From Octopus vulgaris (Eukaryota), in assembly GCA_951406725.2 (NCBI GenBank), contig OX597817.1:131192001-131256000 (forward strand): DNA of 64,000 nucleotides, given 5' to 3'. A program made the translations under genes and the position numbers. Numbering within the stretch: the first letter of the stretch is position 1; every line of letters begins with the position of its first letter. Below, in pieces: positions 11,663 through 30,261 of the stretch. The notes under the pieces were generated by a model that made no database searches, was not told where the DNA came from, and worked only from the letters and a program-made list of their open reading frames with translations.

Positions 11663-12185
11663 CAACTGGTACTTAATTTATCGACACTGAAAGGCTGAAA
11701 GACAAAGTCGACCTCGGCTGAATTCGAACTCGAAACGTAACAGCAGACGAAATACAGCTAAGCATTTCGCCCGGCATGCTAACGTTCATTATTTCTTATT
11801 TCTTTATTGCCCACAAGGAGATAAACATAGAGGGGACAAACAAGGACAGACAAAGAGATGAAGTCGATTACATTGACCCCAGTGCGTGACTGGTACTTAA
11901 TTTATCGACCACGAAAAGATGAAAGGCAAAGTCGACCTCGGCAGAATTTCAACTCAGAACTCAATGACAGACGAAATACCTATTTCTTTACTACCCACAA
12001 GGGGCTAAACACAGAGAGGACAAACAAGGACAGAGAAATGGATTATGTCGATTATATCGACGCCAGTGCGTAACTGGTACTTATTTAATCGACCCCGAAA
12101 GGATGAAAGGCAAAGTCGACCTCGGCGGAATTTGAACTCAGACCGTAGCGGCAGACGAAATACCGATTTCTTTATTACCCACCAG
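11663..12185 (-). repeat. Three tandem copies (about 185-225 bp) of a SINE-derived unit
   Basis: ACTGGTACTTAATTTATCGAC...AAAGTCGACCTCGGC..AATTTGAACTC...CAGACGAAATAC recurs at about 11665, 11889 and 12073. Confidence 0.85.
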
Positions 12186-12969
12186 GGGCCAACATAGAAG
12201 GTACGTGCACAATTTCGTGGAACTAAAATTAAATAAATGAGGCATAAAGAAAGAAGCAAAATTGAAATTCCTTTTCCGTGAGCCCTTGACCGTGTTGGAG
12301 TATGAGGGTGGTGAGGTTTTTGAGTGTTTTTTTGTTGTTTATAGTTGGTGATTACCTCATAGAAAGTGTTGTTGTTTAGCAAGGAAAACACTAGTTTTTG
12401 AAGTCTTGGGTCGGCCTGACGCTGTTGCAAATGACAGTCACTCATAATGCCACGCAGTGGGATTGAACCCACAGCAATGTGGTTTGAACCCAGTCTTCTA
12501 AGTCTATGCAGACTAATTTTTAATAAGAAATATGACTCAATACTCGCAATTTAATGCTGTGTAAGAGGAATGGAGAAAATCAGGATCATTTAACTCGGTT
12601 TCAATATTACCCTTCCTATACAAATGCGGCCATTGTGTGTGGCTTACAAGTTTGACAACTCAAGAAGTTTACCTGACACACAATAAAATGGATCGCGATT
12701 TTATATGAGTCATACTCGGAGAAAAGAAAGCTACAAGAAAAATGGGAGTGGTAATGAATTTCGGGTGTAAATACTATTTGCAGGCAAGCTTAAATGTAAG
12801 CTTTGCAGCAACTGCTGTTCTGAACCTAATAAAACTGTAAAATTTCATCTTGAGTTAAATTAAGTTTAGTAACTTAATTGACACACACATACTAACAAAC
12901 ACAGACATAGACATAGATACAAACATACATACATATATGTATGTATGTGTGTGTGTGTGTGTGTGTGTG

Positions 12970-14850
12970 TATAATATAAATCTCGTTCAGTCTGTGTGTG
13001 TGTAAAAGATTATAACGATCGTATTTTTCAAATGATTCTCTCCAAACTGCGAACATATGTTACTTTATGATCCAGAGATGGTTTTAGGCTCTTAAAATGA
13101 TTCATTTCTTGGGGCTGAAAATACTCTTTCCTTGGATTACGTGGTGAAGGGAGATGACTCTTTCCAAAGTACATTACAGAAATTGATTGTCTCCCTTACA
13201 TCAATAGGTCAAGAATTATCACAATCTCCTCTAATATATAAAGTAAAGATGTGTGTGTATTCGCTTTTCACGCGTATTTCTATCCCTATATCTCTCCATC
13301 CATCTCTATCTCTATATCTGTCTATCTATCTCTTTCTCTCTATGTTTTATATATCAATGTATATCTATCTTATTTGTCTAACTAGCTTTCTCTCTCTTTC
13401 TCTCTCTCTCCCGTTCTCTATATCTCACTCACTCTTTATTGTTTTCATTTTCATTTTTCAGACGCTCTTGTTTTTACTTTAAGTTCAATCTCTATTTTTT
13501 TTAATGTAAGTTTTCAATCACTCTTTACAAACAACAACGACACATTACTGACAGAAAGATGTTCATAATTACTGATGGAAGTAATTTCATACATAATTTA
13601 CTGACAAAAGTAACTTCATAAATTTCACTTCAATCCGTAAATTTCGTTAAATTTGCCTACAAATTCCTTATTTATTTTTGCAACATTTTGTGCTTTTTTC
13701 TTGTTGACGGAATTACCGATAAAAGTAAATTCATAATTTATTAACAGAAGTAACTAAGATTTCACTAAAATCTGTGTTTTCAGTTGTTAACGGCTTTTTT
13801 TCTGATTCCTTCGTTACTGGCTCTTTGGTTCACTAAGTGACAAATTTTGCTTCAACCCGTACAATTCTTTATTTCCGAAACAAATTCTTATTTACTTTCT
13901 GCCTGTCGTATTAAGAAATATAATTTCCGTTACCCAGTTATTTTCATTGTTTACTATCTTCTGCACACGTGTATCTCTGTATACATATATAACCATGCCT
14001 AGAAGGAAAGAGTCAAATTTGTCTACAATGTCAAAGACTGCCAAAATGTGTTGACAGCTGCAGAAAAGGAAGCATACCAATAAACGAACAGACTGTGCAC
14101 TACAAAAGCTCAGAGCATCTCAAATTGATGAACAGAGGTTTGCACGGCTGACAAGGAATACGACCTTCACTGCAGATCGAAGAGCAGTTGCAACAACTCA
14201 GAGAATCAACTTCTATGAAGCAGCTTTGAATTATGATCCGGAAGTTTATTATGCAGAGGACACAATAGTTTCCATTGGTGCACCGACAACTGAGTGCATA
14301 CATTATAAAGCAAGGAAGTGGCCTGGAGAGACACCTGTACTGTGCTGCAATGGTGGAAAGGGTAAACACCCTGCAATGCCCGAAACTCCAGAACCAGCTA
14401 ACCAAGATTCCAAAACTAAATTAGACAATACAACGATGCACTACAGAGGACATCATTTGGAGCCACAAGAAATCTAACTGAGCCAGGATTCATGCAAAAT
14501 TTCAAGATCCAAGGTCAGATTTATAATCCGATTGGCTCTCTGTTACCTCTGTCAAATGAATCACTAAAATCGGTCTTTCATTTTTTGTAATCTGTACCTG
14601 TTTTTTGTTTGCGAAATACGCTAGATGAAACGTGTTTTTGAATTACGTGTATTTACTTTAAATACATATATGAGTTGAATTTTTTTTAACATTCACTTAA
14701 CGTCTATGTTCTATGCGGGTATGGTTCAAGGAGTTATAAATGTCGGGAGTTGGTATCTCAGCTACTATCAATTGAGACGTGCGTAACCTAGACGGCGTTT
14801 TAAATTTCCTTATTCTCTTTAACCCAGGCAACGCCGGGTACTTCTGCTAG
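12970..14850 (+). mobile_element. Non-autonomous Helitron with Rep fragments
   Basis: 3' hairpin CCCAGGCAACGCCGGG followed by CTAG (14847-14850) then T. Rep motifs ECIHYKARKWPGETPVLCCNGGK and NFKIQGQIYNPIGSLLP at 14226-14550. 5' boundary approximate. Confidence 0.8.
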
Positions 14851-16309
14851 TATTTTTACAAACACACACACGCACTATTCTATTACATGATATGTAATGT
14901 TAAATCTCTGGAATATTCTCTAAAGCTAAATTGAAATCCTTTTACTTAACACATCTTTGTTTCGATCATAATTCAAAACTCAGCAGACAAGATGGATGTG
15001 AATCTCAAGTTCCACGTTCACAGTCTCTGAAGTGACCTCCTGAACCATAATGGCATATCTACACAATTGTGTGCCACGGATTCTCTTTCTGCACAATTGC
15101 AATCCGAATGAAATTTTCTAGAAATATGCTTCTGGTGGTCTCTGCTGTAATAATCACCCAATTGTCTCCCACCGAATTCTTTCCTCATACGTGCCAATAT
15201 CATGACAGGAAAGGTGAGAGACTTTCAGTGAGATTAGATACAATACAGAGACACGGGACGGGTATACGAGGTTACAGCAACATAAAATCTATGTGGGTAG
15301 ATTAAAAACAAATAAAACTAAGGGTGGAATATGATTATAAGTTGAATTGAATTAGAAGAATTTTTTATAAAATTTATTCATTAAATAAATTAAGCAATAA
15401 AAATTATAAAATTAAATTTAAGCAAATTAAATTTTAATAGAATTAAAGATATTTTAAAAATTACAAAACATAGGTTTGTAAATATATAAAAATATATAAA
15501 CAATACACAAATTTCACCTGAAATTGCAATAAAACAATAATAATAAAAATAAAATAAATGGGTTTTAGTCTCAAAAAAACTGAAATTCCTTGTTTGGCAA
15601 TGTCCATTTCAAATTTATATTGTTTAATTTGTTATTCTTTGCGACTGAATACTGATAAACGCAGTCACACACACATGCAAACACACCCACACACCCTCAA
15701 TCAGTCACTCATAAACACACCTTCATAATTTTTCGTTCGCAAGATCGACTTCAACAGTGACACACTCATGCACAAACACATATATAGATACATATGCGGT
15801 AGTAGAGTCCGTCCACTGACTGACTAAGATCTAGTTGTTCTGAGTGCTGTAAGGTTAGAAGCATTAAAGATTTTTTAATTGTAGAAATGGGGTAAAGGGG
15901 GTTTCAGAACTCCATAAAAGGAATTCATGTTGAAGACAGCAATTGCCACTAACAAATGCCAATTACTGCTATTTGATGAGAGAACTAGGTCAATGTCAAA
16001 TGGCCCCAATCCCATTCACAGAGAGTGTAATTTAGAGAAAATGTTTTTCCCTTTTTTTCCCTCTAAATCACACTCTCTGTGAATGGGATTGGGATCATTG
16101 CTGTATTCATAATCAAATATGTGCGTTGGGTACCATTGGACTTCAAAAATCCGTCCATACTCTATCATTAGTCAACATGTTGAAGATTTACAAACATACT
16201 TTCTCAGTGAAACTCAATATACCCACCATTATAAATAATACCAAATGTACATTTTCGGATTTTTCATAATTTCATAATGTGATGTAATTCTTTGGTATAG
16301 CAATTGCAT

Positions 16310-16400
16310 GCGGCTGAAGGGAGCTTTGGACCATCTGTTATGTCGATTACACATTGACGTGAGAATAGGTTGTTTATAAAGCTTGAAACACGCGTACCAC
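16310..16400 (+). ncRNA. Degenerate long-stem-II hammerhead ribozyme (relative of 8572-8658)
   Basis: GCGG-CUGAAGG-GAGCUUU...AAAGCUU-GAAA-CACGCG-UA-CCAC, with an A9G change. Upstream CTTTGGT..AATTG..GCGG and downstream ATCCTTTG are shared with the 8572 copy. Confidence 0.6.
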
Positions 16401-16437
16401 GACATCCTTTGTGTTTTGTTGCTATTTCATTTGATGC

Positions 16438-16499
<62 letters not shown>

Positions 16500-16530
16500 T
16501 TGAAGGTTTGGAGATGATGTACAGGTATTT

Positions 16531-21847
<5,317 letters not shown>

Positions 21848-21903
21848 ATATATACATATATACATATATATATATACACATACATACATATAAATATATG
21901 TAT

Positions 21904-21960
<57 letters not shown>

Positions 21961-21971
21961 TATATATTTAC

Positions 21972-22002
<31 letters not shown>

Positions 22003-22034
22003 TATATATATATATATATACACACACATATATA

Positions 22035-22065
<31 letters not shown>

Positions 22066-22144
22066 GATAGATAGATAGATAAACAAACTAACATTTGTTC
22101 ATTTATAAGTACCAAATGTGTAAATTGTTACTAAAATGATGATA

Positions 22145-23398
22145 TCAGATCATTAAGAATGAAACGTCCGATTTTCATATGTACCAAGTTTGACAGTCCA
22201 TAAACCTAATGTTTTATACTGACACTCCCTTTTCTTTACAACTCTGAAGAGTTACATCATCGAATTCCGAAATGCAATTCCTAGTGTCTGATATATTCTG
22301 AGTTTTCTCTTGTAAATCAATTATTGTGAACCCATAGATAAATCAAAAATTCGTGTTGTTTATTAATATGAGTCCCGTCGTGAAACCAATGCATCCCAAA
22401 CAGCTCGAAACATCAATGAGGTGTTTGGTAAAGATGTGGCGAATGAGCGTACTGCATATCGATTTTTTCAGAAGTTCGGGTCTGGTGACTTTACTCTTGA
22501 AATTCAGCCCCGTGGTAGAGCTGAGAGCAAGATGGACAAGGATGAGCTGGAAACTGTAGTGGAAACAGATAAATCTCGAACTACGCTTGAATTAACTGTA
22601 AGATTTGATGTTTTGATTCCAACTGTATTGGACTAACTGAAATAAATCGGCAAAGTAAAGAAGCTGGCCAAATGGATACCGCACGAACGGAACGAGCATC
22701 AACTGACATGCTGTATTGAAACTTGCTGTTTGTTGCTGTCATGGCATAAAAGCGAATCATTTATGCATCGTATTGCTAAGTTTGATGAGAAATGGATTAT
22801 TTTCAACAATAGCAAGCTTTCTGGATGGGGGTTGGATAGAGACCTAGAGCCGAAACAAAATGCTAATCTGTCTGTTTGGTGGCGCAACGTAGGTATCATC
22901 CACCTCAGCTTCATGAGACCTGGTAAGTCAACGACAGCAGTTGTCTACATCAACCAAGTGGATGATGTGATGAGTGAACTTGCAAATAAACAACCAAGAT
23001 TGGTCAACAGAGACACGCCGATTGTCTTGCAAGACAATGCTCGACCATATGTTGGACAAAGAACGCAACTCAAGTTAGAGGAAGTGAAATTGAAAGAACT
23101 CTATCATCCACCATATTCACCACACCTTGCACCAACTGATTATCACGTTTTCGAAACATTAAACAACATTTTGCAACGAAACCCTTCAAATCAGAAAATA
23201 CAAAAACATCCTATCGTGATTTCTTCACATCTTGCTTTCCAGAGTTTTTCGCTACCGTCATATTAAGGATGGCGGTAACATGGCAAAATAGTGTTGATAA
23301 TTTATGTGCATAATTTGATTAACTGCATTGCATTTTGTTGCGATAAATTAAAATAAACCTTTAGTTCGAAACTGGACATTTCATTCTTAATGACGCGA
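22145..23398 (+). mobile_element. Mariner DNA transposon (1254 bp), decayed transposase
   Basis: TIR core TCATTAAGAATGAAA(C/T)GTCC at both ends with TA flanks; motifs WIPHE, FDEKW, LQDNARP and HPPYSPHLAPTDYHVF. Confidence 0.92.
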
Positions 23399-23573
23399 TA
23401 ATTCAGTTTAGAATGCATAAACGCCATAAAATCATGGTTGTTTATTGACAATTTTTTCCAATTTTAAGAGTAATTTACCCTATGATTCTGCTGTTCTAAC
23501 AGTGTCTCAACGTTCAGAATTAAGTTATTTGTACCTTCCTCCTCCTCTCTCTCCCTCTCTTTAAATATGTGTG

Positions 23574-23629
<56 letters not shown>

Positions 23630-24019
23630 TATATATGTATATATATATAGTATAGATTAGTAAGAGTAAATATTTAGATTAAACTTAATGTTTACCTCTA
23701 TTTTTGTATAGAAGTATGAATATAGACATTTATATACGTATTTATTTATATGATATATGTGTTTGTGTGTATATGTATATATGTGTATAGGTTTATGTGC
23801 GTGTATATATATGTATATGTATATACATTTATTTAAGTGTGTGTGTGTGGGTGTGTGTATATATGTTTATGTGAATATATTGAGTATTGTATGTATGTAC
23901 ATGTATGTATGTGTGTGCATATGTGTATATGTGTATATGTGTGTATATATATGTATATATGTATATATATATATATATATGTGTGTGTATATTTATATAT
24001 ATTTGTATATGTATGTATA

Positions 24020-25600
24020 GTTATACCGCAAATTTTGATAAGTACTTTAGAGATTTCGGTTATGATCACTAATTTTAGCTTATAATTTAAGAGCATTGGG
24101 AAAGACTATATAGTACGTTGAGGGGTTACTATAAAAATTTTTTAAATATATTTATTAATCATATAAGATTTTTAGAGTATATTTAATAATTAGTGGTTTT
24201 TAATCATTTAAATTATTTAATTTATTCTGTATTAAGTATTATTTATCATAGTTATTTTATTAATAAATCTTATAGTATATAGTGATTTTATTCTTTATTT
24301 GTGACTTCATTCTATTTACACTTATTGATAAACGATAAATGTTCTCATTCACAATCTTCATTGATAAAGCGTATTTGTTCTTCACGCTTAATGAATTCTT
24401 CAACAATTTATTCTTTTTTTGCTAGTAACGTAATTCCACGAGTATTCTTATAAACGCTGTAAAGACGTTTTCCGATTCAAAATTTTAGTTCATTACAAAA
24501 CCTCGCTAAGATTATTTATTTATATTTAAGATCTTTAATTTGTAAATTTTAATATTTTATAGGTCTTTGGTGTAATAATATTTTTCTTATGTAAATATCG
24601 TTGTTTATGTAATGATCTAATTATCGTAATTTTCTATATAATTATTAGATATTAAATTTAAGTTTATTCGTAAGATATTACTTAGCGATAGATATGTTGT
24701 TTGATAGCAAGTATACGAGTTGTCTAAAGTTAGGTTTATGTGTAAACAATTTATTAATAGCATTAATTGTAGTTTTAAATTTCTTATAATTAAAATTAGA
24801 TAAACTTAAATAAACTTAGATTTGTTTCGACCAAAGATTGGTCCAGGCCATGTTTAACTTAATAGCATAACTTAGTTATTGTCTTTTTAAATTGATATTT
24901 GCTAGTTTTATTCCCATTGATAAATATATTTATAGTATTTATAGTATTTATTCGATACTATATAACTACGAATTGATTATTTCTAGAAGTATTTCAAATA
25001 TAAGATTTCCGAAAGTTCGTTTAAGTTTGTTTGTTTGTATTTTTGAAATTAGCTATTTCATCTTTAAATATGAAAAATTAATTTATTAGGTCTTTATTAT
25101 ATGTGCATATATATTTATTTATAGAGATTATTTTAGATCTTAATTATAATATTTATATACATTTATATATTTTCCTTGATAATTTTTATATATAATAGTC
25201 ATTTAAAAAAAATATTTATGTAATTAGATATAGACTATTACCGATATTAGATTATAGGTGGGTTTCTTACCTTAAAATTATAATTAATATTTAACATTAT
25301 AATCGATTTTGATATAATCATAATCGTTAAGTTTTAAGTTTCTAGTTTGATAATAGAGTTTATTATAAGTAAAATTATTATATTATTTATATCTTAAAAA
25401 TATTGTTTAAATATTTCTGATTATTTTTAAAATATTTCAATTAACCTGAAGATTGACTGTAACCATAATTAGAATTATTAATTGAATTTAAATTAATGAA
25501 ACGATCGTAGTGTTTTACTTTTTATCTTTTATTAAACTTTTAATACTTTTGATATTTATATAATAAATTTTTAAAAAAAATTAATAAATAAAATAATATA
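24020..25600. mobile_element. Extremely AT-rich, highly decayed repeat, possibly PLE-derived
   Basis: Weak remnants on the minus strand (KNFYSNPST, EISKVLIKI) and an HHR-like motif at 25443-25514. Confidence 0.3.
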
Positions 25601-25938
25601 TGATTTTGATTTTTGATTTTTTTTTTCCAGTTTCAGCTAATGAGCTGTGGCCATGCTGGGGCAAAACTATACATACATACACACATATATATATATTTGT
25701 ATATATATATTTAAAATTTATAAGTTTAAATTATTTAAATAATTTTAAAAATCTTAACTTTTATATTTTAAAATTGATTTTATGTATTGGCTTATGTTTT
25801 TCACTGTTTGATTTGCCTAATAGTGGTTTTATCTCTAATTTAATATAATATAATATAATATATTTATACTATAAAATTGGAATATAATCCGAAATCTAAT
25901 CCCTGTAAGTTTGGAGTTATTCCCTAATATTATTATTA

Positions 25939-25969
<31 letters not shown>

Positions 25970-26029
25970 CATACATATATATACATATATATAAAGAGAG
26001 GGAGAGAGAGAGAGAGAGAGTAAAATATA

Positions 26030-26460
26030 TTTCCCAACATAAATTGGTAATCCTGGTTAAGACAATGATACTACCTTTTTTTAGCCCCGGCAACAGCAAC
26101 AACAAAACCGACAGTAAAATAATGTGGAAGTCCTAATTGTGGTATATGTGTCAACCTAATTGAGGGATCGGAATTCTCCTTCAAAGTGTCAACGTTTTGC
26201 AGTATATGTATTAACTTGCTCAGTGTGTCAAACTGAAAACAGTCTACATCAGAGGATAACGGTACATAGATCCCAGAATAAAATACGGAAATACACAAAA
26301 ATAGGATTAAGCGAGTACGTCGATATTTGCACCACAATCGAACAACCCAACTTTAGAACTTTTCCCCTCATTTCAGGGACAATGCAATCTATAATCAGCG
26401 CATTAGCGAAGAAGCATATTTTATCTTTTGAATGCTTCCACCACAGATGAAACTACTACA
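26030..26460 (+). mobile_element. Penelope-like GIY-YIG fragment
   Basis: CGSPNCGICVNLIEGSEFSFK, VYVLTCSVCQTENSLHQRITVHRSQ, FRTFPL; homologous to 36089-36487. Confidence 0.75.
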
Positions 26461-27068
26461 AGAATATAAAACAATTCCAACCACTAATGCTACGACCAAA
26501 ACAGGTCACTTTTAGGTCATTTGACCATTAAAAAAGATTCCACGAACAGTCTAGTATGTCACACCAATCTTGTATTTTACTTTTCTTTTCTCTCTCCTTC
26601 TTCCTCGTCTTTCTCTTCTTTCTCTACTCTTACTTCTCTTCATATTTTCATCATCTTCTCCTACTCCACCTCCTCCTTCTTTTTCTTCTTCTCTACCACC
26701 ATCTCTTCCTCCTCCTCCTTCATCTTCTTCTTCTTCTCCTCACCACCTCCTCCTCATTGTACTTCTTCATTTATTTCTTATTCTCCACCTACTTCTCCTC
26801 CTCTCTCGGCTGTTCCTTCTCAAGCCATCAATTCTCTTTACTCATAAAACTAATCCTTCAAATTTACTCCTACCTACCTCCCAAGCATTCACAATGGAAG
26901 GGAAAGTGAGAAAGAGAGAGAGAAACTATAGTAATATTTTTAAAACATCTCATTTCATTCCCTTTTTTTCTCCAATTTAATGGTTTTTCTCATTTCACTC
27001 TTAGTAGAAAAGTCTAAAATACGATAACCGGTACTAAAATGTACTGCTTGACAAAATTATTTTAGCTT

Positions 27069-27110
<42 letters not shown>

Positions 27111-27434
27111 CATATATATGTATGTATGTATATATATATGTATATATGTATATATATATATATATATACAATTAAGGACAACTACTTAATAAGGAAAACT
27201 TAACAAGAAATTGTCAGGTAGATAGCGTGAAAACCTCATAAGAGAAAAAATTTCGAAAATAATTATTTCTTATTGAACATATTAATTTATATATAGAGGG
27301 CATTATACATACATGTCAGAGGGCATTATACATACATGCCACACGCTAAGAGGGACAATTAGTCATTTCTACCAAAAATATTACTAATCCCACCGAATGC
27401 AATTCTTCAAAGTAAGACATTTAAAAAATATAGA

Positions 27435-27476
27435 CCTGTATCACAGTGATTTCATACTTACGTATTCATCAGCAGG
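27435..27476 (-). ncRNA. Type I hammerhead ribozyme (copy 1)
   Basis: CCUG-CUGAUGA-AUAC(GUAA)GUAU-GAAA-UCAC(U)GUGA-UA-CAGG on the minus strand. Confidence 0.9.
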
Positions 27477-27621
27477 CCTGGATGTATCATACATAAACGA
27501 CCCTGCCTCGCTTAAGCCGATCAGCTAACTGATCAACATCAACCAAGCACATGGGTGAGTTTACATCAGTTAGCTGATCGGCTTAAGCGAGGCAGGGTCG
27601 TTTATGTATGATACATCCAGG

Positions 27622-27663
27622 CCTGCTGATGAATACGTAAGTATGAAATCACTGTGATACAGG
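27622..27663 (+). ncRNA. Type I hammerhead ribozyme (copy 2)
   Basis: CUGAUGA at 27626-27632, GAAA at 27645-27648, predicted cleavage after A27659; stems I-III are all complementary. Confidence 0.92.
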
Positions 27664-28096
27664 TCTATATTTTTTAAATGTCTTACTTTGAAGAATTGCA
27701 TTCGGTGGGATTAGTAATATTTTTGGTAGAAATGACTAATTGTCCCTCTTAGCGTGTGGCATGTATGTATAATGCCCTCTGACATGTATGTATAATGCCC
27801 TCTATATATAAATTAATATGTTCAATAAGAAATAATTATTTTCGAAATTTTTCTCTTATGAGGTTTTCACGCTATCTACCTGACAATTTCTTGTTAAGTT
27901 TTCCTTATTAAGTAGTTGTCCTTAATTGCTAAATTTTTATTCCGAAGAAACTTTTCCTTTCCCGAAATGCAATTCGTAAAAGTCTGCCATTTACCGGATG
28001 TAATATATGTAAACTCACCCATGTGCTTCGTTGATGTTGATCAGTTAGCTGATCGGCTTAAGCGAGGCAGGGTCGTTTATGTATGATACATCCAGG

Positions 28097-28138
28097 CCTG
28101 CTGATGAATACGTAAGTATGAAATCACTGTGATACAGG
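28097..28138 (+). ncRNA. Type I hammerhead ribozyme (copy 3)
   Basis: Identical to copy 2; predicted cleavage after A28134, 475 nt downstream of the copy 2 site. Confidence 0.92.
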
Positions 28139-28265
28139 TCTATATTTTTTAAATGTCTTACTTTGAAGAATTGCATTCGGTGGGATTAGTAATATTTTTG
28201 GTAGAAATGACTAATTGTCCCTCTTAGCGTGTGGCATGTATGTATAATGCCCTCTGACATGTATG

Positions 28266-28317
<52 letters not shown>

Positions 28318-28329
28318 TATATCTATATA

Positions 28330-28374
<45 letters not shown>

Positions 28375-28377
<3 letters not shown>

Positions 28378-28470
28378 GCTAAAAAGCATTCGTGAAGTAA
28401 AATCATGTAGTAACACCAAATGGCGGTGCCCCAGCATGGCCACAGCTCGTGAGCTGAAACTAGATAAAAT
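28375..28470 (+). mobile_element. CR1-like LINE 3' terminal fragment
   Basis: Near-identical to the 3'UTR at 60435-60530 on the minus strand: GGTGCCCCAGCATGGCCACAGCTCGTGAGCTGAAACTAGAT. Confidence 0.8.
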
Positions 28471-28508
28471 AAAAAAAATATAAAATAAAAAAATGTATAT
28501 ATAAAGAT

Positions 28509-28555
<47 letters not shown>

Positions 28556-28556
28556 G

Positions 28557-28619
<63 letters not shown>

Positions 28620-28636
28620 ATATGTATGTATATATG

Positions 28637-28670
<34 letters not shown>

Positions 28671-28790
28671 TATATATATTATATATGTATATATGTATGT
28701 ATGATAAAAAATAAAAAATATAAAATATATATATGTATGTATATATGTATATATATGTATATATGTATATATGTATATATGTATATATGT

Positions 28791-28840
<50 letters not shown>

Positions 28841-30053
28841 ATATGTATGTATATGGACGTTTTTTTAGAAAACAGATTTACATTTTATTTGATACTTTTT
28901 AAATTGTGCCTCTTGCAATGTTTTACGAATGTCGCAATGATTAATATATATATATTATTCTTTCAGTTTCTGATTGCATGGACCATTATCCTCTGCTATA
29001 TTCGCCCCCAAGTGCCTCCTATTTAAAGATCACATTAGACATATCTTACTCTTTGAGTTTCATAAGAGTCTTAATACAAGCACAACCTCAAACTCTTCTT
29101 AGAGAGTTTACGAGGATGAGGTAGTGAGTGAATGGAGTTACAGGAGACGCTTTTCTCATTTTAGAAGTGTGGATTTTTGCCAAAAGAATATCGTTCAAAA
29201 TAACTTTCCGAAGAAAGCTTATTATACAACTTTTCTGCGCCAACTGAAAAGGATTGACAGGTTTCAGTGGTTGGAAAACAGGTCCGACACAAACTGTCTT
29301 CAGAGAATCTGCAACAGTGTGTTGTTTGTTGCCATTAATGCTTTCACGAGACCTTAAGAAAGGCTTGTTACAGGTGATGAGAGGTGGATCCTTTGCCATA
29401 AAGTAAAACGCTACAGATCATGGATCAGTCGAGGAAGAAGACCTATTCGACAGCCAAGTGGAGGACATCATCCAAGGAAGATCATGTTGAGTGTATGGTC
29501 GTATATTGAAGCAACTCTGCATTACGAACAGTTAGACAACAACCAAACAATTACTGCTAATCTCTACTGTGATCGACTTCATCGTTTGAAAGTTGGTTTG
29601 AGCAGAGAGCGACACAGCTTAGTCAACAGATAGGATGTCCTCTTCCACCATCTTAATGCTCGTCCGCACACAGCTCCATTGACCAAAGATCTATGGGAAG
29701 AGCTTGGTTGAAAAATATTGCTCCATCCTCAATATTCTCCAAGACATTGCCCTTTCTGACTATCATTTTTTTCAGGGAGTACAGAACCAATTTGATGGTC
29801 TTAGATTGACACGAATAGAAGTGGTTGAAAATTAGTTGGATTACTACTTCGCATCATGAGACCAACTCCTCTCTCTGGGATGAACTTAAAATAATAGACA
29901 GAGAAGACCACTGGAAAATACGAAAACTAAAAGAAGCAGCACAGATGCTAGGACACAACAACCTCCTAAGCGGACCGAGTGCAGATATGAGCAGCATATA
30001 GGAACCGGAATTAAGGAAGGATAGGATAATATTTGATTTATAAGCCCTAAAAT

Positions 30054-30126
30054 ACACTCCATATGGTGAAGTGGTTAAGAGAGCGAGCTACTAACTACAA
30101 GATTCCGAGTTCGATTCCAGGCAGTG
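30054..30126 (+). promoter_or_regulatory. tRNA-derived segment with Pol III A/B boxes (not a functional tRNA)
   Basis: TGGTGAAGTGG (A-box-like) and GAGTTCGATTCC (B-box); imperfect stems. Confidence 0.7.
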
Positions 30127-30131
30127 ACCTG

Positions 30132-30213
<82 letters not shown>

Positions 30214-30219
30214 GTAATG

Positions 30220-30261
<42 letters not shown>

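Larger units (their letters stand above)
27169..28270. mobile_element. Non-coding hammerhead-ribozyme repeat (retrozyme/mini-PLE-like): inverted copy plus tandem copies of a 475-nt monomer, in (TA)n
   Basis: Inverted arms 27169-27533 and 27565-27928; third partial copy 28007-28270; three identical HHRs; (TA)n on both flanks. Confidence 0.85.

Noticed and set aside
11663-12185. CRISPR-like repeat-spacer appearance
   Set aside because: Eukaryotic context, whole units are homologous (no unique spacers), and there are no cas genes.
30054-30126. Possible tRNA gene
   Set aside because: Acceptor and anticodon stems are broken; kept only as a tRNA-derived promoter cassette.
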